This document shows positions 45,975-54,121 of a stretch of 64,000 nucleotides of DNA, piece after piece. The notes under the pieces are model-generated. The model had not been told where the DNA came from. It did not search any database and was given only the letters and a program-made list of their open reading frames with translations. Location: the sequence record NZ_CP118109.1. One strand, written 5' to 3'. Both the position numbers and the translations under genes were made by a program. The stretch is from a plasmid. Each line of letters begins with the position of its first letter. Position 1 is the first letter of the stretch.

Positions 45975-46211
45975 ATGCCTATAGATGGACAGGGTGATTT
46001 GTTTGACAATCTTATACCTGCATCAAGAGAAGAGAAACCTTTCGTATCTCTTAGAAGAGAAGATCTGCTTCAATCTTCTTATGTAATCAGCAATGTATTA
46101 CTCAACGTTCTCATTAAACGAGGAATCATTCGCGAAGATGAATTGAATGATCTGCTTGACGAAGCATGGAAAACATACAACGAGCAGGTGAGATTGCATG
46201 GCAACAATTAA
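45975..46211 (+). CDS. hypothetical protein
   Basis: GAGGAGG RBS plus ATG (MPIDGQGDLF). Confidence 0.45.
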   Translation: MPIDGQGDLFDNLIPASREEKPFVSLRREDLLQSSYVISNVLLNVLIKRGIIREDELNDLLDEAWKTYNEQVRLHGNN

Positions 46212-46539
46212 TAAGATACAGTCTGTGGTTACGCATTTTTCTGAACAATTAAAAGACGGTGAGTACCTCAGTGAAGTTAAGATTGCTGGCAAAATTACTT
46301 CTGTCAGTTTGACGCCTTTATTACCTATTTTCGATAATGAATCTTCGATTCGATCATTTGTTATTGACGACTACATAGGTGAGATCCGAGTGATTATCGC
46401 TGATGATGTATATCAGAATTTCAAAGATATCATCGAAGTTGGCAGCTACCTGTGTATTGACGGAATTTTAAACGTAATCGATAAGCTGCCTAAAAAAGAG
46501 TTTTCAGTTGTTGCCTATGATATGGAGCTACTGGTATGA
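46198..46539 (+). CDS. hypothetical protein, 113 aa
   Basis: Overlapping start. Confidence 0.45.
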   Translation: MATINKIQSVVTHFSEQLKDGEYLSEVKIAGKITSVSLTPLLPIFDNESSIRSFVIDDYIGEIRVIIADDVYQNFKDIIEVGSYLCIDGILNVIDKLPKKEFSVVAYDMELLV

Positions 46540-46715
46540 GAAATGTGTTTGTTTTGCCAGACGGCACCGAACAGCACTTCATGTATCCTGTTGAACGAGA
46601 TATAGAAATTGGTGATCGCTTCGCTGCACATTTTAGCGATAATTCAGATCACATACTTACTTTAACTTCTATTGTTCATGAGGAAAAACGTATTCTCTAC
46701 AAGCTTTCGTATTAG
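46536..46715 (+). CDS. hypothetical protein, 59 aa (not in ORF track)
   Basis: ATGA overlap. Translation MRNVFVLPDGTEQHFMYPVERDIEIGDRFAAHFSDNSDHILTLTSIVHEEKRILYKLSY. Confidence 0.35.
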   Translation: MRNVFVLPDGTEQHFMYPVERDIEIGDRFAAHFSDNSDHILTLTSIVHEEKRILYKLSY

Positions 46716-46743
46716 GTCGCTAACGCTCCATAGGCTTTTTGAA
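46715..46743 (+). repeat. conserved junction element C: GGTCGCTAACGCTCC-ATAGGCTTTTTGAA
   Basis: Closest of the stem-less copies to the hairpin-type downstream block. Confidence 0.5.
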
Positions 46744-46779
46744 ATTATAAATTAAATTACTCTTGAGGAGGACTTTCAC

Positions 46780-47544
46780 ATGTCTAACTATCAAAATAAT
46801 GGTCAAGGTCAACAAGGAAATAACAATCAGGGGAACAGCATGCCTTCCCACGCAGAAATCGAGCTCATCGTTAATTTGGCTACTGTAAAGGATCCAAACA
46901 ATCAAAACGGCGATCGCGTACATGCTTATGCAAGAGCTGTTGGAGATTCTAAAGTTGCTAATGCAAGTGTAGCTGTTAATCACCAAGGTCAATCTGAACC
47001 GGATTATTGGAATCTTGAAGTTTGGGCGAACGGCGACCGTGACGGTAACTTTAAATTTCTGATGGAACACTGCTATAAGGGTCGCCAACTCTTCATCAAA
47101 GGTATTCCAATGCTGAAGAAAAACACAGATGGCCGTATGTTTCCGACCATCAAAGTTAGCAAAATCCAAGGTCTGGGTTCTAGCAATAACAATCAATCTG
47201 GTAATGGATCTAATCAACAACAAGGCGGCTTTGGTCAACAACAGCAACAAGGCGGAGGATTCCAGCAACAGGGTTATCAGCAACAGCCGCAACAAGGGTT
47301 TGGCCAGCAACAAGCTGGAGGCTTCCAACAGCAACAGCCTCAGCAAGGTGGGTTCCAACAGCAACCGCAACAGCCTCAACAAGGCGCTCCTGCTTGGGGT
47401 AATCAACAAGGATTTAACCAGCAACAAAATGGATTTGGTCAGCAACAACCTGCAGGATTTGGCGCCCCACAACAAGGAGGCATGCCTCAAAACCAGCCGC
47501 CACAAGGTAATTTCCAACCACCATTCGGCGCACCGCAACGCTAA
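46780..47544 (+). CDS. SSB-like OB-fold protein with long Gln/Gly-rich tail
   Basis: GAGGAGG RBS. N-terminal roughly 120 aa OB-like. Roughly 110-aa QQGGFGQQQ repeat tail. Tail ends FGAPQR rather than an acidic DDDIPF tip. Confidence 0.45.
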   Translation: MSNYQNNGQGQQGNNNQGNSMPSHAEIELIVNLATVKDPNNQNGDRVHAYARAVGDSKVANASVAVNHQGQSEPDYWNLEVWANGDRDGNFKFLMEHCYKGRQLFIKGIPMLKKNTDGRMFPTIKVSKIQGLGSSNNNQSGNGSNQQQGGFGQQQQQGGGFQQQGYQQQPQQGFGQQQAGGFQQQQPQQGGFQQQPQQPQQGAPAWGNQQGFNQQQNGFGQQQPAGFGAPQQGGMPQNQPPQGNFQPPFGAPQR

Positions 47545-47567
47545 TCCTTTTAAGCAGGTGATGCATT

Positions 47568-47954
47568 ATGTCTCAGCATAAACCTGCAGAAGCCATTTCA
47601 CGCTTCCTGCACGGCATCTTCTCATTCTATCGGGATAAGGGGATGAACGTGCAGGGAGCGAAAGGGCGCATGTATGAAGAATCTTTAACCAAGATTCACA
47701 ACATGATCAAAGATGATAAGGATATTCCGGATCATGCCCAGGTGATTTCTGCACAGTTCTTTTCCAGAACGCTTCAGGCCCGAGGCCGAGCGTTAACAAC
47801 AGAATTAGAGTCAGCCGTAGCGGCTGGAGACGAACATTTGATTGCAACACTCCGCGCCGCTATTGGCGACCTGCACAAGATAAAAGTAGGGGTTGATGAT
47901 TTTATCGTCAACTATAAAGGAGTGTACAATCATGGCAGCAACAACGAAGGCTAA
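47568..47954 (+). CDS. hypothetical protein, 128 aa
   Basis: ORF between the SSB-like gene and the RecA-like gene. Confidence 0.45.
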   Translation: MSQHKPAEAISRFLHGIFSFYRDKGMNVQGAKGRMYEESLTKIHNMIKDDKDIPDHAQVISAQFFSRTLQARGRALTTELESAVAAGDEHLIATLRAAIGDLHKIKVGVDDFIVNYKGVYNHGSNNEG

Positions 47955-49122
47955 AAAAAACGATGAGAAAGAATCGGCTAAGCCTAAAAATCCGGTTATG
48001 ATGGATAATAAAGCAATCCAAGCCGATTTTAATAAGCGCTTTGGCGAAGGCACTTTCTTTACACTTGAAGGAAATGAGCGCACTCAAGTTACTCCTATTC
48101 CTTCTGGTATACCGGCATTCGATTTTGCAACAGGCATTGGAGGGGTTCCTTCTGGTCGTATAATCGAGATTTACGGTCCAGAGTCATCCGGTAAAACAAG
48201 TTTGTGCTTAATGCTTGCAGGAAAATTTCAGGAGTTAGCAAAGCTTCCAGGACCCTTCTTCGGAAAGAAGGTAGGGTTTATAGATGCTGAACATGCTTTA
48301 GACCCTTATCATGTCTCTAACTTGGGCGTAGACACTTCGGCAAATGGGATGTTGATCAACCAACCAGAGACAGGGGAAGGAGCCTTTGATCTAATGGAGG
48401 CTATGTGCTTATCTGAGCAGTTCGGTCTTGTAATAGTCGATTCAGCAGCAGCGTTGGTGCCTCTTGCAGAAGTTGAAAATGATATGGAGTATAATCCGAT
48501 CGGACTTCAAGCTCGAATGTTAGGAAAAGGGCTGCGTAAATTGAAAGGTCCTGCTCAAAAAACGGGAACTACTTTTATTTTTATTAATCAACTTCGTCAA
48601 AAGCCAGGCTTAAAAGGAGCAGTAGTAAATACAACTCCTGGCGGTCTTGCTCTTAGATTTTATGCATCAATGCGTATCGAAGTAAAAGCTACAAAGATCG
48701 AAAAAGGCGGATCTGAGGTTGGCCTGGCAACTACTCTTCATTTCAAGAAGAATAAGGTCGCCGTTCCGTTTACAACCGCTGAGTATGATTACTATTGGGT
48801 CGGTGGCGTTGATCGTGTGAAGAATATTATGGATGTCGCTTGTGATTTAGATATCATTCATCGTAAAGGAGCTTATTATTTTTATGGTGCCGACCCTGAT
48901 GATTCAAAGAATCCTTTCACAGATGGATCTGGTAATGAACTCAAGTGGCAAGGGAAAGAGCAATTGCTTCAAGCTTTAAGAGTTAGCCCAGCACTGTATG
49001 AATATACAAATAATCTTGTTCTTGGAAATATTCCAAGCGATACTGTTTTTGTAGATGAATCTGATTCAGATGAGGAGCCCGATGATTTGGAAGGCGCAAC
49101 TGAAGAAGAAGTATTACTCTAA
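47932..49122 (+). CDS. RecA-like recombinase
   Basis: GRIIEIYGPESSGKTSL matches the RecA Walker A block. LVIVDSAAAL Walker B. AAGGAG RBS. Confidence 0.8.
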   Translation: MAATTKAKKNDEKESAKPKNPVMMDNKAIQADFNKRFGEGTFFTLEGNERTQVTPIPSGIPAFDFATGIGGVPSGRIIEIYGPESSGKTSLCLMLAGKFQELAKLPGPFFGKKVGFIDAEHALDPYHVSNLGVDTSANGMLINQPETGEGAFDLMEAMCLSEQFGLVIVDSAAALVPLAEVENDMEYNPIGLQARMLGKGLRKLKGPAQKTGTTFIFINQLRQKPGLKGAVVNTTPGGLALRFYASMRIEVKATKIEKGGSEVGLATTLHFKKNKVAVPFTTAEYDYYWVGGVDRVKNIMDVACDLDIIHRKGAYYFYGADPDDSKNPFTDGSGNELKWQGKEQLLQALRVSPALYEYTNNLVLGNIPSDTVFVDESDSDEEPDDLEGATEEEVLL

Positions 49123-49138
49123 ATAAGGAGTGGTTGAT

Positions 49139-49708
49139 ATGGCAGCGGCCGAAAAACCAGTTTACTATAATGAATTGCTTAATGATATGCCGCAGGAGTG
49201 TATGCTGCAACAATCTCATGACATGTTGCGTCAAGATATACAAAACTGCAGATTATGTCCGTTTGCTAAACTTACCAAGCCGCTGCCTCTCAACAATTTT
49301 GATGCTTCAATTATGATCGTCGGGGAGACTCCCGACGATGTTTTGTATGATGGCAAGCGAGGCGGAAAACTTGGTAAATTATTGGTTGAAATGGGTATTG
49401 ATCTTAAAGACGTCTATTTAACTTCCCTTACAAAATGCTCAGAGTCCCAAGACTCCGCCAAATGTGCCCATCATCTTACCGGTGAGATTTTAACAGTTCG
49501 CCCCTCTATTATAGTTTGTTTAGGATACAAGACTTCTAGTACAATTATGCAACAACCTCAGTTTGGTCAGTATGTTCAGATAGCGCCATATACACATGCA
49601 TTAGCAACATATTCATTTGCTGATGCAGAAGAGGCGATTGTTTTAGACACGCTTCGGGGGCAGTTTAACTATATTTTAAATGTTTTACAGGGGATGAGGA
49701 CAGCATGA
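49139..49708 (+). CDS. uracil-DNA glycosylase, family 4-like (Fe-S)
   Basis: CRLCPF..., IMIVGETPD, later C/H residues (KCSES...CAHH). AAGGAG RBS. Confidence 0.55.
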   Translation: MAAAEKPVYYNELLNDMPQECMLQQSHDMLRQDIQNCRLCPFAKLTKPLPLNNFDASIMIVGETPDDVLYDGKRGGKLGKLLVEMGIDLKDVYLTSLTKCSESQDSAKCAHHLTGEILTVRPSIIVCLGYKTSSTIMQQPQFGQYVQIAPYTHALATYSFADAEEAIVLDTLRGQFNYILNVLQGMRTA

Positions 49709-49947
49709 GCAAGGACTACACTATCAACGAAGCAGCCAAGATCCTTGGCGTTCATAAGGATACGATCAAGTACTGGGAGGAAAGAAATCTAATTCCCAGA
49801 GCTAGACGTTCTATTAAAAACAGTCCACGCCATAGTTATCGCATCTACAATGTGGATGAGATCAGGGCTATCGCTAAAATACGAGGCATTTACGATGTTG
49901 AATTGGACGCCGCGATACACAACTTTCATATTTGGGAAAGAAAGTAA
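49705..49947 (+). CDS. MerR/excisionase-type HTH DNA-binding protein, 80 aa
   Basis: YTINEAAKILGVHKDTIKYWEERNLIP is a classic MerR-family HTH-plus-wing N-terminus. Confidence 0.6.
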   Translation: MSKDYTINEAAKILGVHKDTIKYWEERNLIPRARRSIKNSPRHSYRIYNVDEIRAIAKIRGIYDVELDAAIHNFHIWERK

Positions 49948-49986
49948 GCCTCGTTATAAATTTTTCATGGAATTTCCAATATTTCG

Positions 49987-50015
49987 TTGACACTATACGA
50001 CAAAGTATTTATAAT
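49987..50015 (+). promoter_or_regulatory. consensus sigma-A/sigma-70 promoter TTGACA-17-TATAAT
   Basis: ttgacactatacgacaaagtatttataat, perfect hexamers with 17-nt spacer. Confidence 0.65.
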
Positions 50016-50074
50016 CAAAAAAGTAATCGATAATCGCAGGAAACAAGAGGATTCTTGCGGGATCGAGCAGGAGC

Positions 50075-50500
50075 GTGGTTTTAGCAATGGAAATAAGACA
50101 GCTAGAGAAGAATCTTGCTATGGAATCCGCCAGAATCGGAAAGAAAGTCATTGGGCGGGGTCCTACAGAATGCAGAGTTCGCATTATAGATTCCATGATT
50201 GTAATTCGTTGCAGGCTAGAAATGACGCAGTTAGAAAAGCTAATGTACAAGCATCTTGAAATATCAAATGTAACGCATGCCATGATTGAAGACTATAAAA
50301 AAATTCTTCTCCCTATGATTAGCGTCACACTTGCTTCGATTCACTCAGATCTTGAAGTTACAGACTCTTATCTGAAACTTAATACAGAAGGCGGATTCTC
50401 TGTTTTTATTTTGAATATGAATATGGACATTGAAAAATTAATAGCACAAGAAAGAGTGACCGGCTCTAAGTCGGTCACTCGAAAGATAGCAATTAACTGA
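50075..50500 (+). CDS. hypothetical protein (GTG 50075 or ATG 50087 start)
   Basis: First ORF downstream of the consensus promoter. GRGPTECRVRII motif of unknown significance. Confidence 0.4.
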   Translation: MVLAMEIRQLEKNLAMESARIGKKVIGRGPTECRVRIIDSMIVIRCRLEMTQLEKLMYKHLEISNVTHAMIEDYKKILLPMISVTLASIHSDLEVTDSYLKLNTEGGFSVFILNMNMDIEKLIAQERVTGSKSVTRKIAIN

Positions 50501-50651
50501 AAATAAATGTTCAGTTGAGGCTGGTCAGTTTACTCCTTTCTTTCGGGATACTGTCCAGCCTTTTTTTAACCTTGCTTTTTCCTTTGTATCGCGCAAAATC
50601 CCTAGGTATACAGAGTAAAATGCCTCTTTCGCGAGATAGCCGTTGCAAAAA

Positions 50652-50690
50652 TGTAACGCATTATATCTTTTCACTTTGTAACGTGTTATA
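50652..50690. promoter_or_regulatory. two degenerate palindrome-family copies (7a TGTAACGCATTATA, 7b TGTAACGTGTTATA) plus a third weak copy at about 50711
   Basis: Tandem operator-like arrangement about 80-115 nt upstream of GTG 50768. Confidence 0.45.
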
Positions 50691-50767
50691 CTTTATCGTA
50701 ACAAGTGAAATTGTATTGCGTTGCTTTGTGCCAAAAGGCGATGCAAAATTGCGAGGAGGATGAAGTC

Positions 50768-51406
50768 GTGTCTGAAAATTATCTGGAAAGTCGCCTGACG
50801 AAGAATGAAATGTTAGTTTATGAGTATATAAAGCTTAAAACAGAAGAACAGGGATCCGTACAAGAATCTATGATTCAAATGGCTGAAAGCATTAGCGAAA
50901 TGTTTAAGGATCGCATCTCTGTCCGAAAAGTTCATTCCGTGGGCGGCGCAAGTTCCAAAAGCAAAAAAGGTTCTGCCATTAGCACCGCAACGATTTCACG
51001 CGCGGTTAATCGTTTGAAAGCTGAAGGCATAATTGATATTAGACAGTCGCCTGATAGCACGACACCACACGAGTATGTCTTCTTAGGCTTGCCTAATGAA
51101 GAAGAACAAGTGTCTGAAATACTCAATCTGGCTGACAAATTGAACAGTCATTTACAGCGGTTTGAAAAGCTTCTAGTGAATCGTGATAAGGAGATTCATC
51201 AGTTGAAAACGGAGAAGAAGCAGCTGTATGTTCAGCTCGATGCAAAGAATGAGGAGATCCGCGCTTTGAACGAATCATTAGCTTCGCTGCAGAATGAGTT
51301 GAAACAAATCAACACAGATGGAGTGAATCCGTTTAATGACGGTCAATTCGTAGGAATCACGGACATTGGTGATGGCGTTCGAGCCTATCTCGTAAAGACA
51401 CACTAA
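50768..51406 (+). CDS. putative DNA-binding regulator (winged-helix N-terminus plus coiled coil)
   Basis: GAGGAGGA RBS plus GTG 50768 (alternative ATG 50741). EMLVYEYIKLKTEE...ISRAVNRLKAEGIIDI is wHTH-like. C-terminal heptad coiled coil. Confidence 0.45.
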   Translation: MSENYLESRLTKNEMLVYEYIKLKTEEQGSVQESMIQMAESISEMFKDRISVRKVHSVGGASSKSKKGSAISTATISRAVNRLKAEGIIDIRQSPDSTTPHEYVFLGLPNEEEQVSEILNLADKLNSHLQRFEKLLVNRDKEIHQLKTEKKQLYVQLDAKNEEIRALNESLASLQNELKQINTDGVNPFNDGQFVGITDIGDGVRAYLVKTH

Positions 51407-51428
51407 GTTCGAGGGGGAACACGTCCAC

Positions 51429-52034
51429 ATGCTTAATCTTTTGACCAAATCAAATCGCACATCCGATACTTTTGCAAGATGGGTTGCAAGTGCCGTTATG
51501 AGCGGAAAAAGCAGCACGATTGAGAATTTTAAGGAGCAATTAATGGTTCAATTTTCAAGCAATCCATCCTTTAGCGGTTTAGTGAAGGAGCGGATTGAGG
51601 ATGAATTTTGCGATAACCTTTCTATGATGCTGGATAATTATGAGAGACCTTGTTTGGATGAATCATATTACCGCATCGCTATGGTCAAAGGTAAGTTATT
51701 ACATGTTGAAGTGGACTGCGAATTTTGTTGCAGAGTTGGAGTGACTTCGCATCAATTCCTTGGCAGGGAGCTTTCAAAAGAGTTTATGCCTTTAGATAAC
51801 CTGGAACATGTGCGGGATTGCTATTTCCGCGCATGGAACGGGGAAACAGTAGACTTTATCAGTCGCGGCAACACGGGAGAGTCTTATACAGTTAAGCTGA
51901 GCCCGGTCTATGATGATAATGGTGCTCTTTGCTTTGTCGAAGCTATTTGCCGTTTCACGAACCCGATCCCTATTGATCAGAGTGTTCGTGATGAAATGGG
52001 AGAGTTTCAGCCTACTCAATATGTATTATGGTAA
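51429..52034 (+). CDS. PAS-like sensor-fold protein candidate, 201 aa
   Basis: C-terminal half HVEVDCEFCCRVGVTSHQFLGRELSKEF...RDCYFRAWNGETVDFIS...GESYTVKLSPVYDDNGAL.FVEAICRFT resembles a PAS core. Confidence 0.35.
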   Translation: MLNLLTKSNRTSDTFARWVASAVMSGKSSTIENFKEQLMVQFSSNPSFSGLVKERIEDEFCDNLSMMLDNYERPCLDESYYRIAMVKGKLLHVEVDCEFCCRVGVTSHQFLGRELSKEFMPLDNLEHVRDCYFRAWNGETVDFISRGNTGESYTVKLSPVYDDNGALCFVEAICRFTNPIPIDQSVRDEMGEFQPTQYVLW

Positions 52035-52055
52035 TGTAGTTAGGAGTGATTACAT

Positions 52056-52520
52056 TTGGCTATTATCGACATCATATTGCGTGAAAATTTCATGGCATGG
52101 AATCGTTTAACCTTTGAGTATGAACAGGAAACAAAAAACTTAAGGGTACCGTCTGAAAATACAGCAGAGACACTGCTTGATTTTAACGTCAGACTGGATG
52201 AACTTAACACAAGAGCGGTCTATGACTTCGGCAGAATCCGTAAATTAAAAGATATTATGGATAGTCTGCTCGAAAGTGTTTTGAAAGATTTGTATGCCGG
52301 TCCGAATGACGCTGCAAGGAAAGCTGGCGGAATCCAACATGCCAGGGCGTTTCCAGTAACTGGATATCCTTTTGAAGCCGTAAATCTTTATGAGCTTCAA
52401 GACAATATCTTAAGCAATTATTACTCAATGCAATCTACAGTTAGAGCTCTTGAAGGCAAGATGGGCGCAAAGATTACAAACAATGCGCTGCTTAAAAATG
52501 AACTGGCCTCAGCAATGTAG
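52056..52520 (+). CDS. hypothetical protein, 154 aa
   Basis: AGGAG RBS plus ATG. Confidence 0.5.
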   Translation: MAIIDIILRENFMAWNRLTFEYEQETKNLRVPSENTAETLLDFNVRLDELNTRAVYDFGRIRKLKDIMDSLLESVLKDLYAGPNDAARKAGGIQHARAFPVTGYPFEAVNLYELQDNILSNYYSMQSTVRALEGKMGAKITNNALLKNELASAM

Positions 52521-52583
52521 ACTCGAAAAGAAAGCGGTCTGGTCCTCCAGTCCGCTATTTTGATATATGCAAGGAGGAGCAAT

Positions 52584-53135
52584 ATGTCTGAATGTGAGCA
52601 CGCCTCTGAGTGTGAAAACGTGGACAAGTCCTGCCGCCGATGTTTCAACTACAACATGTTTCGTCCTAAGAAAGAAGTACGGCGGCTTGGGCAGCGCTCC
52701 GGTGCCAAAAAGAGCGATAAAGAAGGAATGGCATTTGAAGAGCGCGGTACGAAGAAATACAACCAGGCGATAAGACAAGCAAAAGACGTAGCGCGTCGTC
52801 AGTTCGCATCAGGCGCTCTGTATCACTCTCTAGGAGACATGATTACCGAAGAGGATCTTACAGCTGCTCTGGCCGAATTTAAAGAGCGTGGAACGCTAAG
52901 CAAGTCCGGAGAGAAGCAAATTACGATCAAGAAAGAGTGGCTTGATAAGCTGGAAGAAGAAGCGCGACTAATGAATCGTGACTTCTACTTCCTTCCGTTC
53001 ACATTCAAAGGTCAAAATACCGATTATGTCGTTATGACATATGATCGTATGCTTGCATATATTCAGACGATTCAAATACTGAATCAGAATTTGCGTCATC
53101 TTCAGGATCAACTTAATGCAGCGCAGGCCGACTAA
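52584..53135 (+). CDS. hypothetical protein with N-terminal C-x5-C-x6-C-x2-C zinc finger
   Basis: AAGGAGGAG RBS plus ATG 52584. MSECEHASECENVDKSCRRC. Confidence 0.5.
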   Translation: MSECEHASECENVDKSCRRCFNYNMFRPKKEVRRLGQRSGAKKSDKEGMAFEERGTKKYNQAIRQAKDVARRQFASGALYHSLGDMITEEDLTAALAEFKERGTLSKSGEKQITIKKEWLDKLEEEARLMNRDFYFLPFTFKGQNTDYVVMTYDRMLAYIQTIQILNQNLRHLQDQLNAAQAD

Positions 53136-53156
53136 CGCCGGCGGGGGCTTTTTGAT
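53127..53156 (+). terminator. TAAC-loop hairpin element T4: GCCGAC-TAAC-GCCGGC-GGGGGC-TTTTTGAT
   Basis: Stop codon TAA lies in the loop. One mismatch in the stem. Confidence 0.5.
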
Positions 53157-53206
53157 AGTCTTTTTTAATTACATCATAAAATCAAAACACAGGAAGGATG
53201 TTAATA

Positions 53207-53932
53207 ATGAATACACTATTAGATTCAGCTTATATGTTTGAGCATGATGATATCATGAATGCAGTCGATGAAATGCTGGAAGCCGCTAAAGAGAACGGCG
53301 GGGTTACTCGTGAACTGAACGACATGGATATTCGTCGCATGATCATTCGTCGAAAATACTTGCTCCAGGAAAAAGAAAAGACTAAGCAAATGGCAGATAT
53401 AGTAGCATCTGAATGGAAACAAAGAATCAATCGTAAAGATGAACAGATCGAACAGATCAATCAAACGATTGAGAGTTATGTCAAAAATCGAGGCGAGAGT
53501 CTTGCTCTTGATGTGGCCACCGTTGGGACGCGCACCGTTAAGCACAAGATCGAGATTGCTGATATTGATGAGCTTACTCAAATGCTTGAAAAGCAAAACA
53601 TGAAGGAGCAGTTCTTAAAAGCTCCTGTTCTGGATGAAACAGCTATTAAAAATTACTTCATAAAGACGCTCGATGAGGCAATTGAAAAGCTAGAAGAAGA
53701 TCGTAAGAAAAAGTTAGACGATCTGGATCAGCAATATTCAGACGAAACAAAGGATATTAAGAAGGCTGCTGACAAGAAGCCGATCCAATCTAAGTATGCC
53801 GATCTGAAGAAAGAAGTAAGAAATCAGCATGATGCGAAAGTTGCCGAAACGATTAAGCAATTTCAAGAATGGATTCCAGGCTGCGTAAACTATGTGCCTG
53901 CAGATAAATCCTTATATGTAAAAATGAATTAG
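53207..53932 (+). CDS. hypothetical coiled-coil protein, 241 aa
   Basis: GGAAGGA RBS plus ATG 53207. Confidence 0.5.
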   Translation: MNTLLDSAYMFEHDDIMNAVDEMLEAAKENGGVTRELNDMDIRRMIIRRKYLLQEKEKTKQMADIVASEWKQRINRKDEQIEQINQTIESYVKNRGESLALDVATVGTRTVKHKIEIADIDELTQMLEKQNMKEQFLKAPVLDETAIKNYFIKTLDEAIEKLEEDRKKKLDDLDQQYSDETKDIKKAADKKPIQSKYADLKKEVRNQHDAKVAETIKQFQEWIPGCVNYVPADKSLYVKMN

Positions 53933-54090
53933 TGTTGTGGCGCTGCCTTACGGTGGCGCCTTTTTTAATGCATTAGCGTATCAGAAGACGCATGATCATA
54001 AATTCGTGCTTCTTCTAATGCAATAATTCATTTTTCTTTGAAATACTGCAGATTTTTCTTGTTTTTCCCTATGTTATAGTTTATATTGAA

Positions 54091-54104
54091 TGTAACGCAT
54101 TACA
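54091..54104. promoter_or_regulatory. palindrome TGTAACGCATTACA (family copy 8), 17 nt upstream of ATG 54122
   Basis: Exact consensus. Candidate TTGTTT (54059) -18- TATATT (54083) upstream would put the transcript start inside the palindrome. Confidence 0.5.
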
Positions 54105-54121
54105 ATTGTAGGAGTGAGGTA

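Noticed and set aside
46720-47581. 272-aa minus-strand ORF and 150-aa plus-strand alternative-frame ORF over the SSB-like gene
   Set aside because: Generated by the Gln/Gly codon repeats (CAA/CAG/GGN) reading open in other frames. Leu/Ser-rich nonsense translations.
50075-50500. Assigning 50075..50500 to a named domain family (DUF2294-like) on the basis of a GRGP motif
   Set aside because: The match is from memory of a short motif only. Insufficient to name.
26867-53156. Interpreting the TAAC-loop hairpins simply as ordinary rho-independent terminators
   Set aside because: Partly retained: they may terminate. But the identical loop, covarying stems, fixed 6-nt GGGGGC spacer before the U-tract and three stem-less copies sharing the flank argue for sequence-specific function beyond generic termination.
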